Both the position numbers and the translations under genes were made by a program. Of a stretch of 63,328 nt of DNA, positions 17,968 through 27,640 are shown one piece after another. Each line of letters begins with the position of its first letter. Positions within the stretch are counted from its first letter, which is position 1. The stretch is taken from positions 1 to 63,328 of IMG/VR virus record IMGVR_UViG_3300027815_000237. One strand, 5' to 3'. The stretch is from a virus. Its lineage: Duplodnaviria > Caudoviricetes. The notes under the pieces are model-generated. The model did no database searches. It saw nothing but the letters and a program-made list of their open reading frames with translations, and was not told where the DNA came from.

Positions 17968-19510
17968 CGAAGTAAGACTCGCGCCGTTCCCTGGTGGTCA
18001 GACCGACTACCTGCGTAGAGCGGAGTATGAAGTTCTCTTCGGCGGGGAGACGGGGCCAGGAAAGACGGCGATGCTTGTATTGGATGCTGCCGGCTATCAG
18101 TATGAATTCGGCAAGCTCGGGAAGAAGGCCGTTGACATTCCATCCTACCGTGCAGTACTTTTCCGTCGTAAAACAACCCACCTCGCGAAGCTGATTGATG
18201 AGGCTGACAAGTTCTACAAACCGTTCGGGGCTCAGTTCGTTTACCACCGCAAAGGCGATCCGGGCTCGTGTTATACCTTCCCGTACTGTCCCGAGTGTGA
18301 CAAGATTTGTAAGGTGCCACATCATCGGCAGATCGAGGGCGCGAAGATATTCCTGTGTCACCTTGAGGATGAAAAGAACAAGTATGACCACGATGGGCAG
18401 GAATATCAGTTTGTCGGATTCGACGAACTCCAACAATTCACGATCACACAATTTCTGTATTTGCAATCGCGCTTACGATCAACAGTCCAATACTTGAGTT
18501 GTCGCGTGCGTGCGACGGCCATGCCAGTGGGATCGGGAGTCATCTGGGTGAAGAAGAGATATCGTCTGGATGAACCGCTGAAGAGGCGCTACTACACGCA
18601 GGGCGATCTGGAGCCGACGGTGAATCCTCGAGGTGTAGAAGTGGTGGCGACACATGAGGACGCACGAGCGCGGGTGTTTGTCCCCGGGTACCTGGAAGAG
18701 AATCTCGCAGTCAACAAGGCTGAATATCGGAGCAATGTCAAACTCCTGGGCAAGCGCTTCGAGAGAGCGATGTTGCACCACGATTGGGATGCGTTCAGCG
18801 GAGATTTCTTCAAGGAGTTTGATTTCACGACGGAATTGATTGACCCCTTCGTTATCCCAAAGGAGTGGAGACTGATATGTGCCGACGATCCTGGTTGGGG
18901 AGGAACGTGTGCTGCGGGTCTACTGGCACAGGATTTTACGGGGAAAGTATATCTGATCAGTACCTACTACGAGCGGGCCCGCCGGCCACAGGATAATGCC
19001 GAGGGGATTTCAAAGTTCTGGAAGAACTGTCGGTGGACCGCAGGGCGGGAGCCGGAGTTATTCGTTTCAGGTTTGGACGCATGGGCGAAAAAGGACAAAA
19101 ACGCAATCCAAGCAGATGAGCGGACATTCGCCGATGTATTTTATGAACATGGGATGGTGCTGACGAAGGCCGTCACCGATCGGTACAACGGATGGGGAGC
19201 GATGCAGGCCCTCATGCCGGAGAACTTTTTCGTGTTCAAGGGTGAAAATGATCCATTCATTGATGAGTTGGTGTCGGCAGAGGCCGATGAGAATGACCAG
19301 CACGACATAAAGGGTAAGGGGAATGACCCACAGGTCATCGATCATGCTCTGGATTTTTGCAGGTACGGAATAATGTCACTTGATCGTGTCACGCCGACCA
19401 CAGCCAAAACATTGGAAGAAGATTTCAATGCTGCTTTTGTGCGACAGTTCGAGCGAGAGCATATCGCGTTCGAGGGAGATGAAGATTTCAGAGTAGGACG
19501 TTTCACATGA
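17948..19510 (+). CDS. terL: Terminase large subunit
   Basis: GGETGPGKT Walker A, FVGFDE Walker B, RATAMP, nuclease DPGWG and DHALD. Confidence 0.93.
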   Translation: MATANSDEVRLAPFPGGQTDYLRRAEYEVLFGGETGPGKTAMLVLDAAGYQYEFGKLGKKAVDIPSYRAVLFRRKTTHLAKLIDEADKFYKPFGAQFVYHRKGDPGSCYTFPYCPECDKICKVPHHRQIEGAKIFLCHLEDEKNKYDHDGQEYQFVGFDELQQFTITQFLYLQSRLRSTVQYLSCRVRATAMPVGSGVIWVKKRYRLDEPLKRRYYTQGDLEPTVNPRGVEVVATHEDARARVFVPGYLEENLAVNKAEYRSNVKLLGKRFERAMLHHDWDAFSGDFFKEFDFTTELIDPFVIPKEWRLICADDPGWGGTCAAGLLAQDFTGKVYLISTYYERARRPQDNAEGISKFWKNCRWTAGREPELFVSGLDAWAKKDKNAIQADERTFADVFYEHGMVLTKAVTDRYNGWGAMQALMPENFFVFKGENDPFIDELVSAEADENDQHDIKGKGNDPQVIDHALDFCRYGIMSLDRVTPTTAKTLEEDFNAAFVRQFEREHIAFEGDEDFRVGRFT

Positions 19511-19788
19511 TGGATCTCGAGACAAAATATTCTATACAGGCAACCCTAATTGTAGCCGCGCTGGTGGTATTCATGCCAAGGCATGTGATTTATTATTTCC
19601 TCACGGCTCAGGACGGATACCCAGTAGTCAACGCCATGTTTGCGCTCGTCTTCGCATGGTGTGGAGTATATCAGTTGCTCATCTGGAGATTCCCAGAAGG
19701 TGTGAACAGAGTCCTTAGTATACTTGTGCGATTCCTTACTTTCCTTTTGTCGTTGGTGGTGATTCCACTTCGTAGGTTGAGGCGTTGA
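19507..19788 (+). CDS. Small membrane protein (about 3 TM)
   Basis: Three hydrophobic stretches; overlaps both terL and portal by 4 nt. Confidence 0.65.
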   Translation: MMDLETKYSIQATLIVAALVVFMPRHVIYYFLTAQDGYPVVNAMFALVFAWCGVYQLLIWRFPEGVNRVLSILVRFLTFLLSLVVIPLRRLRR

Positions 19789-21752
19789 TGGATCCCTACC
19801 GCTCACAAACCGACCTAACGGTGACTGAAAAGTATGCTCGGTTGCAGAATGCCTTCACACTTCTCTTGTCAAAGCATCAATCAATGAGGCGGGAGCAGGT
19901 ACAGGGCTTGCGGTATGCGGTGGGACAGATCATTGATGAGGAGACAAAGGAAAAGCTCCGCAAGCAGGGCAGACCGATCCTCGAGTACCCCATTCCCCAA
20001 CAAACCCTGCTGTACATTGCCGGCAAGATCAAGACCGATCTCCGAAAGCATAAGGCTGTCCCAACGCAGCAGGGAACCGAGGAACAGGCTGACATGGCAA
20101 CGCAACGAAACGAGTGGGCAATGGAGATGAGCCGGGGTTACAAAGCTATGGCTACTGTCGGGATGCACTCAGCGATGGCAAAGCGCGGGGTGATCAATCT
20201 GTATTGGGATCTCGAGGATAACCCGGAGGGTGAGCCTGCGGTCGAATGGGTAGACCCACTGCTCGTCATGTTCGATCCCGACCCAGGTCAGGATAGGTTT
20301 GTGTGCTATTTCCCGATGCTCTCCTGTGAGGAGATCATTCGGAACCACCGGAAGTATCTGGATGAGGAGACCATCAGCCAACTCAGGCAGAAGGCGCGTG
20401 AGTACGAGCCCCGGATAGCGAACAATGAAAAACCTGTTTCATGGACAGAGCGCGTGAGCGGGGATGTGAGGCGAGTATGGCAGAGATTTAAGGGAATACC
20501 CGATAGTGCCACGACAATCAACGAGTGGATGGACTCGGCATCTGGATTGTACCGAACGATAGAATGGCACGACAGGCGCACGGAGGTCCACAAATTTGCC
20601 TATTCACCCATCACTCAGCAGCATGAAGAAATCCCGAAGGACAAACTGGACGATATTGAATACCACCAGTCTATACTCGCGCAACTGGACGAAAGCGGTA
20701 TGCCGAAGTACCCGGACGGGTTCATCCATGAAATTCCGGTAGATGCGATCTGGTGTACGGGAATAGTACCGGCATTGCTGCCCGACAAGCTCCTATATGA
20801 AATCCCGCACGAAATACAGGGAGAGGGCTTCCAGTTCAAGAAGGTTGACTGTTACGACTGGCACCCCGACCCATTGGCAGTCCAATCAATTATGGACTCA
20901 CTTGAGGCGCCAACGAAATTCTTTAATCACGAGAAAATGTCCTTGATGGCCTTAGTCGGCAGGGCGCTCAATCCCGGCGTGGATGCGGAGGAGGAATCTA
21001 TTTCTCCGCTTGAGATTGACAACTGGAAGACGGGCGGGGATGGAATACTGAGATTCTTCAGGCGTGGCCGACCAGCTCCACAAGAGCGCCGGGTCCCGGT
21101 GGAAGCATTCAAACTCGTTCAGGTCATGGCTCAGAGCTCGCGGGAGATGATTGATTACCTATCTGGTGTGGCACAAAGCGCAAAAGGGTATCAGGAGTCC
21201 TCAGGCGAGAGCGGCGTGCTTTATAAGACCCGAGTAACCCAGACTGAGGTGATGATTGCATATTTCTTCGGGCAGCTGGAAGAGTTGGGACATGAGGTGT
21301 TCCTATACCTGGATCAGATGATGGACATTAAAATGACAGTCCCGCGTCAACTCTCAATGACGGGCGATCCCACAGGCCCAAAGTGGATGATGTTGAATAC
21401 AATGCCAGGGAATTCCCTCGCCAACTATCAGTTCAATTACATCGTTGATCCTCGATCAGTGGGTGAATCACAGAGGGCTGAGAAGTTTCTGACGCTGGCA
21501 CAGATGAGGGAGATAGTGCAACAAGACCCGATTCTATCTCTGTTTGTCGCGGGGTTGATGTCACAGTTTGTTGACATCCCCGAGGCCAAGCAACTGCAAG
21601 TGCTGATCGGACAGAGGATCCAGATGATGATGGGGGTGGAACAACAGAACATGAACCTGCAAAACATCGCCGGGAAACTCCAAACGGTGGCCAAGGTGAA
21701 AGAGTTGAAGGAAGGTCCGCGAAACGGTAAACCAGTGAAGAAAGCGGCATGA
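19785..21752 (+). CDS. Portal protein (P22-like)
   Basis: 655 aa after TerL; GRPILEY, VDPLLVMFDP, SGVAQSAKG..SGV motifs; Gln-rich tail. Confidence 0.85.
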   Translation: MMDPYRSQTDLTVTEKYARLQNAFTLLLSKHQSMRREQVQGLRYAVGQIIDEETKEKLRKQGRPILEYPIPQQTLLYIAGKIKTDLRKHKAVPTQQGTEEQADMATQRNEWAMEMSRGYKAMATVGMHSAMAKRGVINLYWDLEDNPEGEPAVEWVDPLLVMFDPDPGQDRFVCYFPMLSCEEIIRNHRKYLDEETISQLRQKAREYEPRIANNEKPVSWTERVSGDVRRVWQRFKGIPDSATTINEWMDSASGLYRTIEWHDRRTEVHKFAYSPITQQHEEIPKDKLDDIEYHQSILAQLDESGMPKYPDGFIHEIPVDAIWCTGIVPALLPDKLLYEIPHEIQGEGFQFKKVDCYDWHPDPLAVQSIMDSLEAPTKFFNHEKMSLMALVGRALNPGVDAEEESISPLEIDNWKTGGDGILRFFRRGRPAPQERRVPVEAFKLVQVMAQSSREMIDYLSGVAQSAKGYQESSGESGVLYKTRVTQTEVMIAYFFGQLEELGHEVFLYLDQMMDIKMTVPRQLSMTGDPTGPKWMMLNTMPGNSLANYQFNYIVDPRSVGESQRAEKFLTLAQMREIVQQDPILSLFVAGLMSQFVDIPEAKQLQVLIGQRIQMMMGVEQQNMNLQNIAGKLQTVAKVKELKEGPRNGKPVKKAA

Positions 21753-21937
21753 CGGCAGAACAGGACAAAAAAGTGTTGGAGAAACTGGCCTGCGTGGTCA
21801 AGCAACTACCGGAGGATTATACTGGTCGACTTATGATTGGGATTGATTTTCAGTCTGGCGGGATTGGACGCAATGGAACAATAAGGGTCACGAAGGATGT
21901 ACGGATCGTGCCAGTCGTAGGCGAGGTGAGTGCATGA
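21749..21937 (+). CDS. Small hypothetical protein
   Basis: Coupled to portal (ATGA); YTGRLMIGIDFQSGGI beta-hairpin. Confidence 0.6.
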   Translation: MTAEQDKKVLEKLACVVKQLPEDYTGRLMIGIDFQSGGIGRNGTIRVTKDVRIVPVVGEVSA

Positions 21938-22152
21938 CGGAAGAACTAACATTGGAGTGTTCCGTATGTTTCAACTTTCTCAGTCCGGTGCCCAAGGAAC
22001 TGCACGGAGGCGTTGTGATGGTCGAGCCGTGCAGGAAATGCTTAGAGGCCGAATATAAGAAGGGTTTTAATGCTGGTGTGGATTCCATGATCGTCAATGT
22101 AGAGATAGTACCAAACCCCAGCCCTTCGGCTGGAGGAACGGAGTTGAAGTAG
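21934..22152 (+). CDS. Small Zn-ribbon protein
   Basis: CSVC...VEPCRKC. Confidence 0.65.
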   Translation: MTEELTLECSVCFNFLSPVPKELHGGVVMVEPCRKCLEAEYKKGFNAGVDSMIVNVEIVPNPSPSAGGTELK

Positions 22153-22158
22153 AAACAC

Positions 22159-22230
22159 CGCGCCGTGGAGCAACGGTAGCTCGTCGCGCTCATAACGCGA
22201 AGGTTGGCTGTTCAAATCAGTCCGGCGCTA
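22159..22230 (+). tRNA. tRNA-Met(CAU), initiator-type
   Basis: Cloverleaf: CGCGCCG/CGGCGCT acceptor with 1:72 mismatch, GAGC/GCTC D stem, TCGCG-CTCATAA-CGCGA, GGCTG-TTCAAAT-CAGTC; CCA not encoded. Confidence 0.9.
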
Positions 22231-22250
22231 CAAAGTAAGACGACAAAAAT

Positions 22251-22368
22251 ACGGTTCACCGTTTGAAGCCCAGATAGGGTTTATCAAGCACGAAGCCGAA
22301 TTGGAATGGTAAATGGAGACAGTAATAGCTCCAAGACCTTCTGGTTCGGCTTCCTCATTTTAGAGGAG
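22251..22368 (+). promoter_or_regulatory. Structured leader upstream of head genes
   Basis: Three hairpins including GAAGCCGAA/TTCGGCTTC; TTCCTC complementary to RBS GAGGAG. Confidence 0.55.
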
Positions 22369-22376
22369 AGACAAAG

Positions 22377-22739
22377 ATGAAGATGATCAGTCAAGCAGAA
22401 GAAAGACCAAAAGATCATGCGATGGAGCCGTCAGCTAGTTCCAAAGGCCCCACGTACCCCGGCCTGTCACTCAAGAACGTCGCAGGGCTCGAAGGGAAGG
22501 CGCCCGGTGATGAGTGCATGGTCGTCTGCAAGGTCAGAGTGACATCAATCCAAGTCGGTAAGGATTACGGCGATGAGGCTGGCAAGGATAAGACAGTGAC
22601 GACCCGGATGGATGTTCTTGAGGCTGGCACGAAGCCGTCCGGTGAGAAGAACCACGATGATTACGCCAAGGAAGGTTCGGAGAGCCGACTGGAGAAGGTG
22701 AAGGACATCATCAACAGCAGCAAGGGAGACGAGGATTAG
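22377..22739 (+). CDS. Head-region protein (possible minor capsid protein)
   Basis: Strong RBS; position between portal and scaffold. Confidence 0.6.
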   Translation: MKMISQAEERPKDHAMEPSASSKGPTYPGLSLKNVAGLEGKAPGDECMVVCKVRVTSIQVGKDYGDEAGKDKTVTTRMDVLEAGTKPSGEKNHDDYAKEGSESRLEKVKDIINSSKGDED

Positions 22740-22741
22740 CC

Positions 22742-22948
22742 ATGCCGTCAGATCAAGTAATGGGCAAGTGGAAGGCCGGAGAACTTCATAGCGGGTCGAA
22801 ACAGGGCCCAAAGGTGAAAGACAGAGACCAGGCCTTTGCGATCTTGATGAGTGAACGCCGCAAGGAACAGTCTGGCCATGATTATGGGAGGATCGAAGCA
22901 ATGAAGAAAATACGCAACAAACCATCAATGTCACATTCAACGAGGTAG
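22742..22948 (+). CDS. DUF6496-like small basic protein
   Basis: VMGKWKAGELHSGS.GPKVKDRDQAFAILMSE. Confidence 0.75.
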   Translation: MPSDQVMGKWKAGELHSGSKQGPKVKDRDQAFAILMSERRKEQSGHDYGRIEAMKKIRNKPSMSHSTR

Positions 22949-22950
22949 AT

Positions 22951-24072
22951 ATGGCAGATCAAACACCGGCAGAGAAAGCCGCAGAGATCATCGAAAAAAC
23001 CCCCGAGGGGGAGCTCGAGCAGTCATCCGAAACAACCCAGCAGGCATCCCAAGAGGACAAGTCCGCTGAGACTTCGGACAAGGATGCTGAGGGCGGCGAG
23101 AAGCTCTACGCGGACGTTTTCAAAACGCCGGATATGCTGGAAAAGAGCACGATGGAGTTGGCGAAGACACTGAACATGTCGACGCTTAACCAGAAGGCTC
23201 TCCGCAATGCGATCGCAGAAGCCAAGGAGAGCAAGGATTTCTCCGAGGTTGAGGCGATTTACAAAGAGATGCAGGCCGAGCACACGCGGTCCAAGCAGAA
23301 ATCCGATACCATAACTGAGAAGAAAGACGAAGTGGTAGAGGAACAGGAATACGCGCCTCTGTCGGAAGATGAGCGTGTCACCTATCTGCGAGGACAGGTC
23401 CTAAAGAGATTACGACAGGACCCACTCGTGGCGAAGTTCAGTCAGAAGGGCGTTGAATTCCCAAAGGCCGAGATCGGATCGTCGGAATGGGAAGACCAGA
23501 TGCTCGAATTGGCAGACTCCAGCCCGGGGTTGCACTCGCTTCTTCAAAGCAGAGTAGTAGCATTGGCCCGTGAAGAGGTCAATTGGCTCGAGCAGTATGA
23601 GACCACGGCTACAGGCTCGAAGGAGGCGCGGAAAACGGCAGAGGATGAAGGCCGGAAATACCTCACTCAAATTAACACTGATCTCTCCATTGGGCTCACA
23701 CCTGATGATATGGCTGGGATCATCTCCTCAGCACTCAAAGCGCAGGAATCCTTCAACAATCAATACGGAATTTCTGTCGCCAAGAAGAATGCTGTTGCGC
23801 TCTATTTCAACAACAACGTTCTCCACGGCAAGGTCAAGGCGATGATCGAGCAAGCGAAGACTGAGGGTGCGCTGGGTCAATCGAAAGCCCTACAGAAGAT
23901 GAAAGAAGAAGCACAGCAGACCGCCGGCAAGTCGAAATTGTCCACCGAGGTGGACCGGAGGGGGAAAGATGCCCCGAAGTTCGATACGCATAAGGGCGCG
24001 GAGTCGGCGACACCAGAGCAGAGGGAGCGGAGAATTCAGGAAATCATCGGAAAGTTGGAAGACAAAGAGTAA
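22951..24072 (+). CDS. Scaffolding protein
   Basis: Acidic helical protein immediately before MCP; KLYADVFKTPDMLEKS motif. Confidence 0.7.
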   Translation: MADQTPAEKAAEIIEKTPEGELEQSSETTQQASQEDKSAETSDKDAEGGEKLYADVFKTPDMLEKSTMELAKTLNMSTLNQKALRNAIAEAKESKDFSEVEAIYKEMQAEHTRSKQKSDTITEKKDEVVEEQEYAPLSEDERVTYLRGQVLKRLRQDPLVAKFSQKGVEFPKAEIGSSEWEDQMLELADSSPGLHSLLQSRVVALAREEVNWLEQYETTATGSKEARKTAEDEGRKYLTQINTDLSIGLTPDDMAGIISSALKAQESFNNQYGISVAKKNAVALYFNNNVLHGKVKAMIEQAKTEGALGQSKALQKMKEEAQQTAGKSKLSTEVDRRGKDAPKFDTHKGAESATPEQRERRIQEIIGKLEDKE

Positions 24073-24087
24073 AGGAACTCAAACACT

Positions 24088-25443
24088 ATGAACGCATTCA
24101 CAGTCGATTATAGCGCCGATCGTGAGTTCGTAACGATCGTGGAAACGGAGATGCGCGAGCAGATGTACTACGGCTCACGCTTCTCGGAGTTGATCGGGAT
24201 GAACTTTGCAAAAACGATGGGGCGCGATAAGGAAGTGAAATCTCTCGGACCGGGACAGACGGAAACCTTGGTTGGCGCTCCTATTGAGAGCGTCAAGGGA
24301 TTCAAGGACCGATCGGGCCTATTCATGGAGATTCCCTTCATCAGCCGGCTCAAGGAGCTGCCGGGCGCATTAGGAAACGCTCCTTTGAAGGGGACGGAAG
24401 AGACGGATCAATACTCCTTCTTGACCGTTCCGATTAACCGTTGGCGGAAATCGTATGCCCCGCCGATGGGGATGCAACGCCAGGCAACGAAATCCTGGAG
24501 GGCGTACCTCTGGGAAAGAGCGAGACCAAAGCTCACGCAGTACATTCAGGATTTCATGCCATCGAACTACCTGAGTGCCCTGCATTTCGGCGCCTCGCGT
24601 GAGATCGTCGCGCCCACAACGGCGCAAGGTCGCGGTATCACGCCCATCAGCCATCCCAATATGTTCGGGGCGGGTGTGGGGCAGGTCAGCTACTCCGGTG
24701 GACGTCCGGGATCGGCTGGTTACGAAACCTCGGTCGAGACCATGATAAACACGGTCAATTCGACCGCTACACAGTTCAAGATGAGTGTTGGGGCTCTGAG
24801 AGATTTCATCCAAAGCCTTCCGGAGCTCAAACTCAAGCCGCTCTCAAGCAAAAAGGGGAGACCACTTTACCCCGTGTTCATGCTGCCTACAGTATTCACG
24901 CAAATCCGAGCAAGCGATGACTACAAGGCATACGTGCAATCTCTGCGCGGAATGGTCATGGACGAACATCCTCTCGCTCATCTGGGAGAGGCGATCATCG
25001 ATGGCGCCCTGATCATCACCGACATCACGCTCTGGTACGCATATAGCGCGGCCATGGGAGTTGATTCGGGTATTGCAGCGGCGGCACCAGAGTACGGCCC
25101 GCGTCCGACAGCGGCAGAACGAGTGCGAGGATTCAAGACAGGCAACACCATTGACCGTCTGGACAATGGTAATGTCGCTTGCACCTTCGCCTTGGGAGAG
25201 ACAGCTCTTCTGATGGCGACAGGCGAAGAGGTTACATTCCACGAGCAGATCGAGGATTACGACGGCGTTCAGGGCACCGGGATTGATACAATCAAGTCGG
25301 TTGTCCGAGGCGAGACGTTCAATAAACTCGGTCTCATTACGCTCCCTGATGGTACGGTATTGGCAAAGGACGCATTCCACCAGAATACGGGCTCTGCCAT
25401 GATGTTGTCGTACTCTCCGCGATCGAGAAGTTTTGGAGCGTAA
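24088..25443 (+). CDS. Major capsid protein
   Basis: 451 aa after scaffold, AAGGA RBS, YPVFMLP / GEAIIDGALI pattern compatible with HK97 fold. Confidence 0.75.
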   Translation: MNAFTVDYSADREFVTIVETEMREQMYYGSRFSELIGMNFAKTMGRDKEVKSLGPGQTETLVGAPIESVKGFKDRSGLFMEIPFISRLKELPGALGNAPLKGTEETDQYSFLTVPINRWRKSYAPPMGMQRQATKSWRAYLWERARPKLTQYIQDFMPSNYLSALHFGASREIVAPTTAQGRGITPISHPNMFGAGVGQVSYSGGRPGSAGYETSVETMINTVNSTATQFKMSVGALRDFIQSLPELKLKPLSSKKGRPLYPVFMLPTVFTQIRASDDYKAYVQSLRGMVMDEHPLAHLGEAIIDGALIITDITLWYAYSAAMGVDSGIAAAAPEYGPRPTAAERVRGFKTGNTIDRLDNGNVACTFALGETALLMATGEEVTFHEQIEDYDGVQGTGIDTIKSVVRGETFNKLGLITLPDGTVLAKDAFHQNTGSAMMLSYSPRSRSFGA

Positions 25444-25444
25444 G

Positions 25445-25906
25445 ATGAAGACGACACTTCTCGTACTCGCGCTGTTGTGCATTTCAGTGACAATGCACGC
25501 TCAGGTGGTCCGTGTCTCGACTGACATCATTGTTGGGAAACACATTGCGAATTCCGCAGGTGATTCCGTTGTCAATATTGATGTCCCTTACAACGGCACG
25601 GCAATCTCAGGAATAACCGGGCTCTTTCCCGACAGTATCAGGTTGGTGTTCTCAGCGACCGATACCATCTCGGGAGTCCTGTGGTTCAAAGGCGCCTACG
25701 GTACTGGCACAACTTATTCACGTGACAGCATTGGGGTTGTCTTGACTACTGGCTCGGTAAGCACATCGGGGTACACGATCTCAGTAGACACTTGGAAGTA
25801 CAAAAGTCTACTGGGGGTAGTGTATCTCGCAAAATCAAGCGGTAATGGTGTTCTCGCTGCTCGCAAGGTCTGGGTTCGAGTAGAACGATTCTTCACATCC
25901 AGATAG
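25445..25906 (+). CDS. Beta-rich protein with Sec signal peptide, in capsid-decoration position
   Basis: MKTTLLVLALLCISVTMHA|Q; starts right after the MCP stop (TAAGATG). Confidence 0.8.
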   Translation: MKTTLLVLALLCISVTMHAQVVRVSTDIIVGKHIANSAGDSVVNIDVPYNGTAISGITGLFPDSIRLVFSATDTISGVLWFKGAYGTGTTYSRDSIGVVLTTGSVSTSGYTISVDTWKYKSLLGVVYLAKSSGNGVLAARKVWVRVERFFTSR

Positions 25907-25921
25907 AAAGGAGAGAAAACC

Positions 25922-26188
25922 ATGAGCGGAAAACAGATTCTAAATCGGGTTGTCGCTGCGATTGATGTCGCATTGACTTTGGGATACCCTGCCGGAGCAA
26001 CAATTGAGATCGTGGAAGGACCAACGGGGATGTTTCACGACATCAATTACGCCGGGGCGCCGTCGACGTCGTTCCCCAATGCGCCTAATGCAAGCCGTCT
26101 CTACGATAACACGAACGCCGATCTTTGGATTAAGACAGGCGATGTGGGATCGGGGATCGACGGGACCTGGACCAAGGCCAGTCCGTAA
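25922..26188 (+). CDS. Small decoration/fibre-type protein
   Basis: GAP...SRLYDNTNADLWIKTG..GTW motif typical of phage fibre modules. Confidence 0.6.
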   Translation: MSGKQILNRVVAAIDVALTLGYPAGATIEIVEGPTGMFHDINYAGAPSTSFPNAPNASRLYDNTNADLWIKTGDVGSGIDGTWTKASP

Positions 26189-26204
26189 CCATCAATCACA
26201 ATTC

Positions 26205-26235
26205 AATACCCGCCCTCGAGATGGGGGCGGGTATT
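26205..26235 (+). terminator. Strong hairpin (terminator or processing site)
   Basis: AATACCCGCCC/GGGCGGGTATT 11-bp stem; weak U tract. Confidence 0.6.
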
Positions 26236-26255
26236 ATATCGAGAAAGGTAACAAC

Positions 26256-26648
26256 ATGAAACTCAGAGTAAATGTGCATGTCCCGATTCCTCACAAGGTA
26301 TTGATCGGCGGGGTGGAAGTCTCTTTCGCGCCGGATGCCGAAGTGCCTGACGATTGGGGAACGGCGATGCTGAAGGATTTTCCGAATATCTACATCCAAG
26401 CAAAGGGCGACGCGGATTTGACGAAGTACCGCACGCGGGAGACATCATTGATCGCAGGCTTTCATGAGAAGTTCGATGCTCTGACGGAGGAGGAAAGAGT
26501 GAAGACACTGAAGTATATGGATGATCTTCAAGCCAAGCGCGTCAACGATGCGAAAGTGAAACAAGCGAAGGAAGAGGACGACAAGCGGAAAGCCTTGAGA
26601 GCAGAGGAAGAAGCTCAAGCCCGTGCCAAAAAGGAAGGCAGGGTGTAG
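26256..26648 (+). CDS. Hypothetical head-region protein
   Basis: AAAGG RBS before ATG 26256; charged helical C-terminus. Confidence 0.65.
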   Translation: MKLRVNVHVPIPHKVLIGGVEVSFAPDAEVPDDWGTAMLKDFPNIYIQAKGDADLTKYRTRETSLIAGFHEKFDALTEEERVKTLKYMDDLQAKRVNDAKVKQAKEEDDKRKALRAEEEAQARAKKEGRV

Positions 26649-26650
26649 CA

Positions 26651-27025
26651 ATGAGACGAGTAATCATGGGGCTGATGTTATTCGTCGGTCTCTTTGTATC
26701 TGCCTCCGCTCAACTGACATCACCCGCATTAACGAGCATCATCCGGGAGGACTCAGCCACAGCCACGACAGTATTCTTGGCCGACAGTGTCTATCTCGGG
26801 TACCCGGACTATGAAAAATGGATACAAGTGGTGAATGACGGGAGTGTTGTTCTCTACTTCGCGCTGGGTAATGACACCGCTGCCGGAAAGTTCATAAGAG
26901 TCAAGAACGGCACAACAGAGAACGTGTTCACAATTTCACGTCTTTCACGCAACGTGAAATTTATTCGTTCGAGAGCTGTCTCCAGCACGTGTATAAGACG
27001 TGTGCGCTGGGGAATAGCCCGATAA
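26651..27025 (+). CDS. Beta-sandwich protein with Sec signal peptide
   Basis: MRRVIMGLMLFVGLFVSASA|Q; IQVVNDGSVVLYFALG typical of small phage jelly-roll proteins. Confidence 0.8.
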   Translation: MRRVIMGLMLFVGLFVSASAQLTSPALTSIIREDSATATTVFLADSVYLGYPDYEKWIQVVNDGSVVLYFALGNDTAAGKFIRVKNGTTENVFTISRLSRNVKFIRSRAVSSTCIRRVRWGIAR

Positions 27026-27047
27026 CATTCATTCAAAGGAGAGTAAG

Positions 27048-27632
27048 ATGGACGAGAAATCTCAGGCAACTGCGAACTCGCAGGCGGCATTGATCAGATC
27101 AAGCGGGATGTTGGAATTGGCCAATGCTCACGGCTTTTATGAAATCGAGTGTTTCGATCGGTTCGGAAATCTGAAGTGGAAGGACATCGCGGTCAACGTG
27201 GTTACGACCGTTGGCAAAAATCTTGCCCTCGACACGTACCTTGCAGGAGCGGGCTACACCGTGACAGGTCCGTTTATCGGACTTATCAGTTCAGTGAGCT
27301 ATACGACCGGTCCTGCGGCTGGCGACACTATGTCTGCTCATGGAGGCTGGACAGAAGCAGGGGGAACCAACGCTCCAACATACACCGCGCCAAGAAAGAC
27401 AGCAGCATGGAGCGCGGCTTCCGGAGGTTCGAAAGCATTATCAGCAGCCGCTTCCTACGGAATCTTGACAACAGGGACGGTCAAGGGATGCTTCATGGTC
27501 TACGGAACAGGAGCCGTTTCGACGATCGACAACACGAGCGGGACATTATATAGCGCCGGTCTTTTCACTGGCGGTGACAAGGCGGTGGTTAATACCGACA
27601 CACTGAATGTCTCATATACTGCCTCACTTTGA
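27048..27632 (+). CDS. Virion structural protein (fibre-base type)
   Basis: GNLKW..NVVTTVGKN N-terminus and DTLNVSY C-terminus seen in phage fibre-associated proteins. Confidence 0.65.
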   Translation: MDEKSQATANSQAALIRSSGMLELANAHGFYEIECFDRFGNLKWKDIAVNVVTTVGKNLALDTYLAGAGYTVTGPFIGLISSVSYTTGPAAGDTMSAHGGWTEAGGTNAPTYTAPRKTAAWSAASGGSKALSAAASYGILTTGTVKGCFMVYGTGAVSTIDNTSGTLYSAGLFTGGDKAVVNTDTLNVSYTASL

Positions 27633-27640
27633 GGTGTAAT

